Of a DNA stretch of 64,000 nucleotides, positions 31,760 through 42,354 are shown piece after piece. The notes beneath the pieces were generated by a model, which saw only the letters and a program-made list of their open reading frames with translations, searched no databases and was not told the DNA's origin. The stretch's first letter is position 1; each line of letters opens with the position of its first letter. A program made the position numbers and the translations under genes. Where the stretch lies: assembly GCA_013416795.1 (NCBI GenBank), contig RQSC01000032.1, positions 781,397 to 845,396 of the forward strand, given 5' to 3'. Source of the stretch: Prasinococcaceae sp. CCMP 1430 (lineage: Eukaryota > Plantae > Prasinodermophyta).

Positions 31760-34700
31760 CAAGAAGGTCCGCGTGTCGCGCCGCGCCGCGCCACGCGGCG
31801 CCAAAAGTGCTCGTGTCGGGCGCCGCCACCGTATGGCGCATGCGCCCGCGCAGCTCCAGGGAACCGCCGCTGACGCGAGCGCGCCTCTGCCTCGAACAAC
31901 AGGACGGGTCCGATGGCCCCCAGATGCCTCTTGACGACGCTGGCGTTTACGCCATCGGCCGCAGCGACGAATGCGACGTGCGCGTCAACCGCGAGGGCGT
32001 CGAGGACGTGCACGTTGAGCTTATTGTCGAGGAGTACGCGCGCGGCGCAATGCTGTGCGCCATGGCGTCGGCTAATCCCGCTAGGCTCAACGACGCCCCC
32101 ATGGAGGGCGAGCAGAAGGTCCGCCTCCGCAACGGCGACACCTTCGAGGTCGGCGGCCGCCTCTTTCGCTACGAGACGGACGACACTGAGGAGCGCATTG
32201 CCGAGGAAGTCCTCGTGGCAAGCGCCAAAAAGAGTGCCAAGAAAGGTGAGCTCGCACCCAGCACCGTCCAAGGAGTGCCGCAGCTCTGCCTTGAAGCGCC
32301 CCATCCCACCCCCCGGTCCCCTCCCCGATCCCTCACTCAGACTTCGCCGGTCCAGCTGAATGTGCTGCGCGTGCTGACTTCCTAGCCTCCGCCAAACAAA
32401 CGCGTCTCGCTCATGCAGCCAAGCGCGTGTCGTTTACTTCGCCGATGTCGCGCAGCCCGCTTGGCGCCCACAACGCCAATCTCGCTGGCCGGCAGCCGAC
32501 GCCCTTCCGCAGTTCTTCGGCCAAGAGCCCGCTCAACGTGAGGAGCCCTATGACGCCGAAGGACAGCAACACCCCGAAGGCAAAGTCTTCAACGCCCAAG
32601 GCGGCCACCCCGAAGGCGGCCACGCCCAAGGCGGCCACGCCCAAGGCAGCCACGCCCAAGGCGGCCACGCCCAAGGCGGCCACGCCCAAGGCGGCCACCC
32701 CGAAGGCGGCCACGCCTAAGATGCCGACCCCCAAGGCGGCCACGCCGAAGGCGGCCACCCCCAAGGCGGCCACTCCGAAGGCGGCAACGCCCAAGAAAGA
32801 CCTAACCGAGACGCTTTTGTCGCCTGTTGCAGCTGTCGAAGGCGCCAACACGGCTATCTTCGAGGCTGACTATGGTGCGGATGATTTCACCAATGCTGTC
32901 TTCCCATCGATCAAGGCGGCCACCCCTAAGGTCACCACGTCCAAGGCGGCCACCCCGAAGGCGACCATCCCGAAGGCGACCACCCCGAAGGCGGCCACGC
33001 CCAAGGCGGCCACGCCCAAGGCGGCCACCCCCAAGGCGGCCACCCCCAAGGCGGCCACGCCCAAGGCGGCCACGCCTAAGATGCCGACCCCCAAGGCGGC
33101 CACCCCCAAGGCGGCCACCCCCAAGGCGGCCACCCCCAAGGCGGCCACCCCCAAGGCGGCCACGCCCAAGGCGGCCACGCCCAAGGCGGCCACCCCGAAG
33201 GCGGCCACGCCTAAGATGCCGACCCCCAAGGCGGCCACTCCGAAGGCGGCCACGCCCAAGGCGGCCACCCCGAAGGCCGCCACGCCCAAGGCGGCCACCC
33301 TCAAGGCGGCCACGCCCAAGGCGGCCACGCCCAAGGCGGCCACGCCCAAGGCGGCCACCCCGAAGGCGGCCACCCCGAAGGCGGCCACCCCGAAGGCGGC
33401 AACCCCGAAAGCAGCCACGCCTAAGGCAGTGTCCCCGAGGAGCCGCACGCCCAAGGCGGGGACGCCGACAGAGGTCGCTGTAATTGCGAATCTCTCCCCG
33501 GTGGTGCTGAATGACGTTGTCGAGGAGGGCTGCGAGGCCATCGTTGAGGACGTAGTCGACGTTGAGCAGGCGATGCCGGCCGCCTGCACGCTGGCTACCA
33601 GTGCAACAACCATGCGCTCACTGTCCACGTCTCTGCGCGCGGAGATCAATGCCAAGGGTGCAACGCCCACGCGGTCGACCCCCAAGGCTGCCACACCGAA
33701 GGCTGCTACCCCCAAGATGGCCACTCCGAAGACGTCAGCCAAGAAGGCTGCCGCTACGCCAAAGTCTGCGGCTGTGACCCCCGAGATCGCAGGTCTTCTC
33801 GACTCGCTGGTGGCCAGTGCGTCCAAAACCGGGCCGAGGAGCGCCGGTCGCCGTCGCAGCAGTGTCGGCAAGTTTGCGCTCGCCTCGCCCGTGTCGGCGA
33901 AGAAGCGGTCACTCGAGGACGAAGACATCGAGATGATGGAGGTGTCGCCGCCCGCGAAGCAGGCCAAGCAGGTGCAGCCCGAGGACGGAGCGGAGTCCGA
34001 GGAGGAGGTCGCTGAAGAGGACGCTGCCGCTCCCAGCCCAGTCGAGTTTGAGGTGCCCGCGTTTGAGGACGCTGCCGACGATGCGGCCGAGGATGCTTGC
34101 GAGGACGTTGAGGAGGCCGACGCCGATGTCAGCGCCGAGGTCGACGAGGCAGTAGTTAAGCCGGTCGGAGCAGTGGTCCGCATGCCGCGGGACCCGCGCG
34201 CGCTTCTGCACGCAGGTCTGCACAAGTCCAGCATGAACCGCGCCAACATGCGCCTCAAGGGCATGGTGCAAGATCTGGAGTCGAGGCTCGATGCAGCGCT
34301 CACTGCGCTTCAGCATTCCGAGAACGCGCGCGAGCGCGACGCGCGTCGCCTCGCCAAGGCGGCATCCAATGTCGCGCAGCTGCGCGCTGCCAACGCATCC
34401 CTGGAGAAGAAGCTCGCCAAGGCGAAGGCCGACTCAATCATCACCAAAAAGATTGCCCAGTACAAGGCCGACATGCAGATGAAGGCGATGATGGCAGCCC
34501 CCGAGATTGCCACAGCGCCCGCAGTTGAGCCTGCGGCCGTGACCGAGGAGGTGATCGTCGAGGAGGTCGTCGAAGAGGAGCCCGTCGCTGCCGCCGCCGA
34601 GGAGACCGATGAGGTGGTCGCCGAGGAAGTGGTCGCCGAGGAGGCCGAGGACACCGATGAGGTGGTCGCCGAGGAGGCCGAGGACGTCGAGGAGGCGGTC

Positions 34701-35402
34701 GCCGAGGAGGTCGACGAGGTCGAAGAGGCGGTCGCTGAGGAGGCGGTCGCCGAAGAGGCTGAGGAGGCGATTGTCGAAGTGGCGGTCGCCGAGGAGGATG
34801 AAGAGACGGCAGCTGAGGAGGAGATCGCCGAAGAGGCGATCGCCGACGAGCCCGAGCCCGAGGCCATGGATATTTCCATGGAGGACGTCGAGGACGTCGA
34901 GGAGTCTGAGGATGATGAGGTGGTGGTGAACAAGACCCCCACTCCCGCCAAGATCGCGCAGGAGATTGTCGTCCTCGAAGAATCAGACAACGACGCAGCG
35001 AACGATCAGGACGAGGTCGCCGACTCTGAGCCGCTCGAGGAGCAGGCTGAGGCTGAGGTCGAGACTGCTGTTGTTCAGAGCACGCCAGAGATCGTCGAGG
35101 TGGTCGCGGAGGCCGAGGCGGAAGGGGAAGGCGAAGAGGAGACTCCGTGCCTGGTCTGTGGCTCGTGCGACGACTCAGAGGAGATCATGCTTCTGTGCGA
35201 CGGCTGCGATAAAGCCTGCCATCTCTCCTGCGCGGGCTACAAGCGCGCACCCAAGGGCGACTGGTTCTGCATCGAGTGCAAGCCCACCAAGCGGGGCCTC
35301 GACGCCGCCGCCGCGTGGCGCAAGGCCAACGGCAAGGAAAACAACGCCGCGGAGGCCAACGCGGCGCCTGTAGCAAGGCGCTCTACGCGAAGCCGCCGGT
35401 AG
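31684..35402 (+). CDS. Ki-67-like protein: FHA, RVSF PP1 motif, TPK repeats, coiled coil, acidic region, PHD finger; exons ..31766, 31903-32245, 32419-35402; start codon not found
   Basis: Spliced [10 protein letters not shown]|[46 protein letters not shown] closely parallels the Ki-67 FHA; AKK|AKRVSF; C-terminal C4HC3 PHD ([33 protein letters not shown]). Confidence 0.85.
32553..33455 (+). repeat. 15-bp coding tandem repeat (AAGGCGGCCACSCCS-like, encoding AATPK) in two blocks
   Basis: About 16 TPK units at 32553-32796 and about 32 at 32914-33455. The variant MPTPK unit recurs with identical DNA three times. Confidence 0.95.
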
Positions 35403-35616
35403 AAGGTCGTCTCACTGGCGCGGGCCTCGAGGTTGATGCGACGGCGGCAGCACTCCAGCATGCCGTCGGATACGCTCCTTCGGGCACGCCCACGCACCCC
35501 AGAGTAGCGTGTGAGCGAGCGAAGCTTTGTACAGTCACTAAAAGCAGCTATATTTTACCGCGTTGCTCGAGTATGAGCGCCTTATTAGTATTATACGCGC
35601 GAGCATTGTGCGCGCG

Positions 35617-35768
35617 TCACAGCTCCATCGCCTTGAGCGCATCCGCTGCGGCGCACGCGCCGTCGGCTGTGGCGGCTCGAGCTCTGGCCTCCGCCTCGGC
35701 ACGCTTCTTGGCGGCGTACGCCGCTCGCTTCTGCGCGAGGATAGGTACGCGCCGGGCACTCTCGAGTG

Positions 35769-35800
<32 letters not shown>

Positions 35801-36438
35801 GCGGGCGTCTCTGGAGTGCCGTCGACAGCCGCCGCGCGTGCTGAGGCATCCGCGGCGGCCACCCTCGCCCTGTGCTCCTCGGCGAGCAGCTCGGCCCCTC
35901 GGCGCGCCTCCATTTGTCGGGTGGTCGCCACTGGCGCTGCTGCTCGCGCGGGCAGGGGCGCGTCCACCTTCGCGCGCGTGAAAATTGCCCGCGCGCCCTC
36001 GACCCATGTCCCGCACGAGCACTTGGCGCCGGCAGACACGAGCGAGCCCACGCGCGCGCCGCACCGGGAGTTCGGGCACAGTAGGCGCACGGCCGCGGAC
36101 GGCTCCGCGTGCGTGGGCGTGGCCCCTGCTTGGGCCGCCCACTCAGGTGCGGACGTGAGGTAGTACACCGAGCAGTGCGCATGGCGCACGCCGAGCTCGG
36201 CGTCGAGCTCGTGGCGCTCGAAGAGCGCCGCGCGGCACTTCCTGCAGCGGAAGGTTCCGACCGCGGCGCCCAACCCAGCCGCTGCCTCCGCATCGCCTGC
36301 GCCGCCGTGGCCGCCGCAATGGCCCAGCGGCCGCGCTGCGGCGCGCGCCTGCTCCTCGGCGACGAAGAGCGCGCGCTCGCGGCGCGCAACGCGCGCCGCG
36401 GGCGTCTCCGCGAGGCGCGGCGCGCCCCCCCGAGGCAT
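35617..36438 (-). CDS. Stand-alone YVH1/DUSP12-type C-terminal zinc-binding domain protein with polyQ tail
   Basis: FRCRKCRAALF, HCSVYYL..PEW, LLCPNSRCGARVGS, GAKCSCGTWV..TRAKVD. No phosphatase HCxxGxxR motif. (CAG)n at about 35771-35799. Confidence 0.7.
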
Positions 36439-36806
36439 GGGTCTCCCCTCTTGCCCTCAAGCTCAGACCCCGGACCCCGCGAGGAGACCTGCTCGCCTCC
36501 CACTCCCACCCAGCAGGGGTGAGGGCGGGGCCTCCACCCGCTGCACGCGCGTGGTCTGGCACACACCGGGGCCGCCCCGCGCTGCTCGGATCGGCGAGCA
36601 CGGAGAAACGCGCCGCCGTGTTTGTCCCGCCTGAGCGCCGCTGTCACTCTGCGCGCACGCGGCGCCGTAGCGCGCGGCCAGCGGCGAGCGGGGCGCGCGG
36701 CAGAAGCCGCACCAGCGGCGCCCCCGGCGAGCTTCCGAGGAAGGCCGCCTGTGTCACACCCATCCCCCTCCGGCCTCCTGCACTCCCGCCCTCCCCCGCG
36801 CGCGCC

Positions 36807-37712
36807 ATGCCGCGCAAGAGCGCGCGTGCGCAAAAGGCGACGGCCGCGTCGGTCGTCACCGATGAGATGCGCGCGATGGCCGCGCTCGCGAGGCTCGACG
36901 CGCTCAACAGGGACGATGGGTGCGTGTGCGCCGACCGGGATGCCCGCCCGCCCGCTCGCGTGACCGCGCGCCCGCCCCGCGCGTGCGCCGCCGCCGGGAG
37001 GCTGGGCACGTTTGGCGCGTCCAAGCGCGCTGACACCCCAGCTATGCTGCGTGGGCTCTGTTCCCAACGGGGTGCTCGCGCAAACTCGGTCGTGTGCGCG
37101 TGCGCACTCGCGCCCCCCCCCTGTGCCCGTGCGCGCACGCATTCAGTGGCGCTGCCGACGCCGAGGCCGAGGCGGAAGGCTCAGACGATGAATACGTCTT
37201 CGAAGGCGAGGAGGTCGACGAGGACGGCGACCTTGTGGAGAAGTCCTCGCGCAAGAAGGGCAAGGCCAAGGCCAGGGGGGGGGCGAAGGGACGCGGCAAG
37301 AAGGCGGTCGCTGCGGGTGTGGGCCCGCGGCGCACGAAGAAAACGCGCGCGGCTCGTGGCGCAGCCGCGTCCGCTGCGGCGCGTGCAGGACTCGCCTCGC
37401 TCCTGGAGGAGGCGCCAGGTACGTGCGCCCCCGATCGCGAGACCTCGCGCGCGGCGAGCGCGCGTGTACGTACTGACGCAGGCGCTCTTGGTCCTCCACG
37501 CGAGCTCAGAGGCCGCACGCCGCGCGTACCTGTTCGCGTCGGCCACGCCGAGCACGTATCCGTCCCGGCGCTTCTGCGACCTTAGCGGCAACGAGGCGAA
37601 GTACGTCGACCCCAACACGCGCATGCGGTACGCTGGGAGGAAGGAGTTCCGCATGATCCAGGAAATGCCGGCCCTGGCAGTGCAGGCGAGGACGCTCCGC
37701 AACGTCAGGTAG
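36807..37712 (+). CDS. Chromatin-remodeller subunit with SWC6/ZNHIT1-like N-terminus and YL1_C (Ies6-like) C-terminus, 3 exons (36807-36919, 37147-37418, 37510-37712)
   Basis: AALARLDALNRDDG, acidic stretch, RRTKKTRA, LASLLEEA (SWC6-like); then PSRRFCDLSGNEAKYVDPNTRMRYA..EFRMIQEMP (YL1_C). Confidence 0.75.
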   Translation: MPRKSARAQKATAASVVTDEMRAMAALARLDALNRDDGCVCADRDARPPARVTARPPRACAAAGRLGTFGASKRADTPAMLRGLCSQRGARANSVVCACALAPPPCARARTHSVALPTPRPRRKAQTMNTSSKARRSTRTATLWRSPRARRARPRPGGGRRDAARRRSLRVWARGARRKRARLVAQPRPLRRVQDSPRSWRRRQVRAPPIARPRARRARVYVLTQALLVLHASSEAARRAYLFASATPSTYPSRRFCDLSGNEAKYVDPNTRMRYAGRKEFRMIQEMPALAVQARTLRNVR

Positions 37713-37893
37713 CCCCTGCGGGCGCGAGCGCCGTCGGAATGCGGGTCCGCCCCTGGCCTCGCCTGAGATCGAGCTGGCAGGCTCTCGCTGGCACCACGCC
37801 ACGCATGGCACGGGCGTGCGCGCGCCCGCGAGCTCGTGCGCGCGACGAAGAATAATACTTACGAGATAATACAGCGGTGTCTCCGTAACAGGG

Positions 37894-38794
37894 CTAGGCC
37901 TTGTTGGGGTAGCTCCTAGCGCCGAAGATGGTGGAGCCAACGCGCACGTTGGTCGAGCCCATTCTCACGGCCGCCTCGAAGTCACCACTCATGCCCATCG
38001 ACAGGTCAAGCGCGTCCTCGTCGAGCGCGAGTGCCGCCGCGACCTCGGCGCGGCATCGCGCGAGGCACTCGAAGTTCTCGGGCTTGGAGGTGTAATCTGG
38101 CATGCCGATGGTCATCAACCCAAGGAGCTCCAGGTTCGGGCATGCCTCGCTCACGATGTGCTTGGCGAGCTCTACCGCCGCCTCGCCGGGCTCAACTCCT
38201 GCCTTCGACTCCTCGCCGGATGTGTTGACTTGCACCATCACGCCGAGCTTGTCGGCGCGCCCCGCGTTCTCGCACGCGTTACTGAGTTTGGTGGCGATCT
38301 TCGCAGAGTCCACGCTCTCGACGCACGCCAGCGATGGCACGCCCCTTCCGCACCACGCGTGGGGGCGCGCACGCGTCCCAGGGTCAGCTCGTGCATGCGC
38401 GCGGCTGCAACGCGGCGCGCAGAGCGGCGCGGCGCGACCACAACGCTGCGTCGTGCCACGCACTGCGGCGGAGCACCCGAGGGAGGCGAACGGCGCTCAC
38501 GCACTTGACTAGCGCATTCGCCTTGTTGGACTGCAAGTGTCCGATGTAGTGCCACTGCACGTCCTCGGGCATCTGCGGCGCCTTCTCTGTGATCTCCTGG
38601 ACGTAGTTCTCGCCGAACACGCGCTGGCCCGCCGCATACGCCTCGCGCAGCAGCTCGACAGGCTTTGTCTTCGAGACAGCCACGAGACGCGGCGCCCTGC
38701 CCCCACCCTCCCGCGCCGCCGCGGCGCCGTCGATGCGCTCGCGCACGTCCGCCAGCGCCGCGGCGACGTCGTGCACTGCGGCCTCTGCCGCCAT
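37894..38794 (-). CDS. PLPBP: Pyridoxal phosphate homeostasis protein (YggS/PROSC), 2 exons
   Basis: [65 protein letters not shown]. Confidence 0.95.
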
Positions 38795-39190
38795 CGCACA
38801 GGGCAGCGGTGCGCCGCGCGCGCGCTGTGGCGCGCCGCCGCCCCGCCTCGGGGCTCGGATCGGCGCCGGATCGCAATGCCATCAAAATGCGCTCTCAAAA
38901 AGGTTCTACGAATGGCCCTTGCCCCTTGATCACACATTCTCTTTTGCGCACGGACCACCGTTACGGTTAGGATAAAACCTTAACTCGTGTGGCGCCGCGG
39001 TCCCATCAAAACGCGTTGGATTTCGCCGGGCGCTTTTTGAGGAATTGATGGGACAGGGTGGGTGCGGCGGGCCGTTCCCGACCGCACGTGCGCCGGCGCC
39101 GGGCGCCCGCACAAACCGTAACTGACGCGCCAGGAGATGCAGCGCGCGGGCGGCAGGCGCGAGTGGGCGCGGGCGCGTCGCGAACGAAGN

Positions 39191-40260
39191 CCGTGGCGGC
39201 CGCGGCGGCAGCGGCGGGTGCGGCCGCTGTTGCGGCGGTCGCGGCACCCGCGCCTGCAAAAGCGCTGCAAGGTTCCATGGCCCTCCTCCCCGCGTCGCAG
39301 ATGCGCGAGAACGCATCGTGGCGCCTTTTTGAAACCGCTGGTGAGCGCGTCGTCGCGAGTCACCCCTCGAGCCAGCATGCGGAGAAACTCGCCATCGGTG
39401 CCGTGGCCGGAGCGGTGTCCAAGACTGTCGTGGCGCCAGTCGAGCGCTGCCGCGAACTCGCGCAGGCGTCCGCGGGCGCCTCCAAGGGGCTGTTCGCGAT
39501 GCTCGCGGGCATCGTGCGAAACGAGGGGGCAGCGCAGCTATGGCGCGGCAACGGCCTCTCGCTGCTCAAAATAGTCCCCTACGTGGCACTGCAGTTCACG
39601 CTCTATGACGCGGCGAAGGACGCGCTCTCCCAAGCGCGCGGCCAGCTCGGGGTGGTAGAGCGGGTCGCTGCAGGCGTGATGGCTGGCGGCGTGGCCAGCC
39701 TAGTGACATACCCCTTCGACTGCCTCAAGACGCAAATCAGTGCGGGAGGGCTGAAAGGCTCCCTGCCGCAAGTGACGCGGAAGGTGGTCGCCAGGCTGGG
39801 GGTCGGGGGGCTCTACCAGGGCCTGATGCCGAGCCTCAGCATAAACGTCATTGGGACGGCCATCGGCTTCAACATAATGGACGCCATGGCCGACGCCTAC
39901 CGCGATTCGGTCGCGCGGGGGCGCCATCTGACAGCGCTTGAGACGGCTTTCCTGGGGGGCATTAGTGGAATCTGCTGCGCTGGCCTCTCGCTGCCCTTCT
40001 ACACCAGCTCGGCGCGCTTGCGCGTTCAGGGGCTCAAGGGATGGCCCGTGCGTTACGAGGGCATGACCCACTGCATCGCCACGATGGTTCGCACGGAGGG
40101 CGTGCGTTCGCTCTATCGCGGTGCCGTGCCGCTGATCGTCAAGATCTTCCCGCAGATCGGCATTATATACTACATAACAGAGGCGCTCCGCCGCCACTAC
40201 GGCGTGAGCGGGCTCAGCGTGTACGAGCAGGCAGCAGGCAGCACCGGCCGCGCGCTGTGA
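39191..40260 (+). CDS. Mitochondrial carrier family (SLC25) protein; 5' end interrupted by gap
   Basis: Three carrier repeats with PVERCR, PFDCLK and degenerate PFYTSS signatures; LWRGNG, LYQGL, LYRGA. Confidence 0.88.
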
Positions 40261-40410
40261 GCGAGCGGCGGCGTGTCGCGCGGGCACATCGACCGCGGCG
40301 CAACACGCTCCTACAGCAGCACCAACACTACGAACAACGACATCTCTTTGTTTGACGGGTGCTTGTGCTGGGTCTCTCGGTGCTTGCTGCTGGCCGGGCC
40401 TTCATATCAG

Positions 40411-42354
40411 TCAGCAGGTTGCTTGCACGTGCGGCTCGAAGCGCCGCTCGTACAGCGGCGGCTTCGAGGGGCAGCGCTCGCGCATGTGCGCGAATGGCTC
40501 TACTTCGCTCCAGTGGCGCAGCATCATCTCATAATCGCCCATCACCTGCTTCGGCTCGGCGCTCGTGTCGAAGACGGCAAGCTCGGTGAGGTCAACGGGC
40601 GTAAACTCGGTGCACTGCACGGATGAGGCGCCACCTTCGACGCCGTCAAAGAAGCCCGCCTCCTTCCACATGCGGCAGACGAACGTGTCGCACACGGATG
40701 CAAGGCCAGCGGGATAGGCGCCGTTGGGCGCGCCCGGGTACTCCCAGTCGTCCTGCTCAGGCATGCGCACGAGGTCCAGGAAGGTCAGGTTGCGCTCGCG
40801 CGCCACCTTCAGCAGTGCGGCCGTCTCAAGGTCGTTGGGAAGCTGCAACCCCAGCCGCTTCGAGAGGGCCGAGTTCCAGAGGCTGGGGATGGGCAGGTCG
40901 GGTGAGGCGCGCGCGATGGCCCTGTCCAGCAGAGGATCGATGAGGGCGAAGCCGCACGCCACGAGACGCCAGTCGGCTGGAGACGGAAGGTTCTCATTGC
41001 CGAGGTCCAGGAACGTGAAGAGCATATTGACGTAGCCGTACAGCCTCCCCTCGTGCTCGTTCGCGAACACTTCGGCGATCCGACCCTCGCGCTGCGCGAA
41101 GAGCTTCGCATGCGACGCCGACAGGCGCAGATGCAGGACATTGTAGCTCGCCGCCTGCGCTTGCGCCATCCACTGGGCGTAAGGGGTCCGCTGCACGAAG
41201 TTTGTCGGCCAGTAGTTCGATTTTGTCTGCGACTCCACGATGTACAGCTCGCCGCCGAAGCGCAGCGCCATCACGCTGTGCCCGCAGTAGGAGCCGGTAC
41301 CCCACATGATGAGCGGATCCAGCCCGTCGAGCCGGACGATGCAGAAGTAGTCGCCGCTTTGCACGTCGGCCTCGGCCGGCACGCGCGTGCGCGCCGCCTC
41401 GCCCGCGCGCGGCCGCATGTCGATCCCCACGTAGTCGCGCAGGAAGGCCGCGTTGCGCGCGGCCGTGCCCGAATCCACGGGCTGCGTGAGGACGCCAACG
41501 AAGAGCAGCAGCGTCTCAAAAGTGGCGGACACGAGGTGGCGCGCATCCTCTTGGAAATGAAAGAGGCGCACGCCATCCTGGCGGAGCTCGTCGGCCTCTG
41601 ACGCGCTGAGGCCTTCCCAGCGCACTGTATGCGCGCCCGCACGCCCTCCGAGGCGCTCGACGTGCCAGCCGGTCGTCGTGAGCATCGCGTACCAGTCGCC
41701 GCACAGCGGTCCGCCGGTGGGTTCGGGCGTTTCCAGCGTGAGCGTCGCGGAGTACGTGCCATCCTCCGCGGCGGGCCCCTCGAGCGCGCCCATGCGCGCA
41801 GCGGTCCACGAGTAGCACGGCGTGCGGTACGAGCTGACGTTCCAGCGCAGCGCTGGCGCCGCCGCGTCCGCGCGCGCGGACCCAACAAACTCGGGGATCA
41901 TGCGCCACTCCTCCGCGGGCATCGGCAGCGCCTCGTGTTCGCCGCCGCCGCCGTCGGTCGCCAGCAGCCTGCGCATGGCGGCCGCGGCGGCAGTGGTGGC
42001 TGCTCCGACTCTGGGGCCGCCCGCGGCGTGCACTCCGACGGCTTGGGCAGAGGCGACACCGGACGCGCTCGCGAAGCCCAACGCGCGCGCGTACTCCGCG
42101 AGCGGGAGCGGCTCGGGGGGTAGCCCAGCGTCGAGGTCACGCACGAGCGTCGCGCGGGCGGCGTCGTGGCGCCACACGCGCTTGCCGCGGGGGGCGTCGC
42201 GCGGCTCGACCTCGCGCCACCGCTCGCCCAACGCACCGGCCTCGTCGCCGAGCGTGCCGAGCGCGGCGCATGCGTGCGCGGCCACCAGCGCCAGCACCAG
42301 AGCGCATGTGAGCACCGCCTGCGCGGCGCGCCCTCGTGCCACCCGCAAGGCCAT
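40411..42354 (-). CDS. Secreted permuted papain-like (NlpC/P60, YiiX-type) uncharacterised protein
   Basis: Signal peptide; VQSGDYFCI..GHSVMAL..LYIVESQ (His and Glu) preceding SVCDTFVCRMWKEAG (Cys), the permuted catalytic order. Confidence 0.65.
   Translation of the reverse strand: MALRVARGRAAQAVLTCALVLALVAAHACAALGTLGDEAGALGERWREVEPRDAPRGKRVWRHDAARATLVRDLDAGLPPEPLPLAEYARALGFASASGVASAQAVGVHAAGGPRVGAATTAAAAAMRRLLATDGGGGEHEALPMPAEEWRMIPEFVGSARADAAAPALRWNVSSYRTPCYSWTAARMGALEGPAAEDGTYSATLTLETPEPTGGPLCGDWYAMLTTTGWHVERLGGRAGAHTVRWEGLSASEADELRQDGVRLFHFQEDARHLVSATFETLLLFVGVLTQPVDSGTAARNAAFLRDYVGIDMRPRAGEAARTRVPAEADVQSGDYFCIVRLDGLDPLIMWGTGSYCGHSVMALRFGGELYIVESQTKSNYWPTNFVQRTPYAQWMAQAQAASYNVLHLRLSASHAKLFAQREGRIAEVFANEHEGRLYGYVNMLFTFLDLGNENLPSPADWRLVACGFALIDPLLDRAIARASPDLPIPSLWNSALSKRLGLQLPNDLETAALLKVARERNLTFLDLVRMPEQDDWEYPGAPNGAYPAGLASVCDTFVCRMWKEAGFFDGVEGGASSVQCTEFTPVDLTELAVFDTSAEPKQVMGDYEMMLRHWSEVEPFAHMRERCPSKPPLYERRFEPHVQATC

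Noticed and set aside
32553-33455. Regularly spaced repeats as a possible CRISPR or non-coding array
   Set aside because: 15-bp units without unique spacers, in frame within a eukaryotic CDS.
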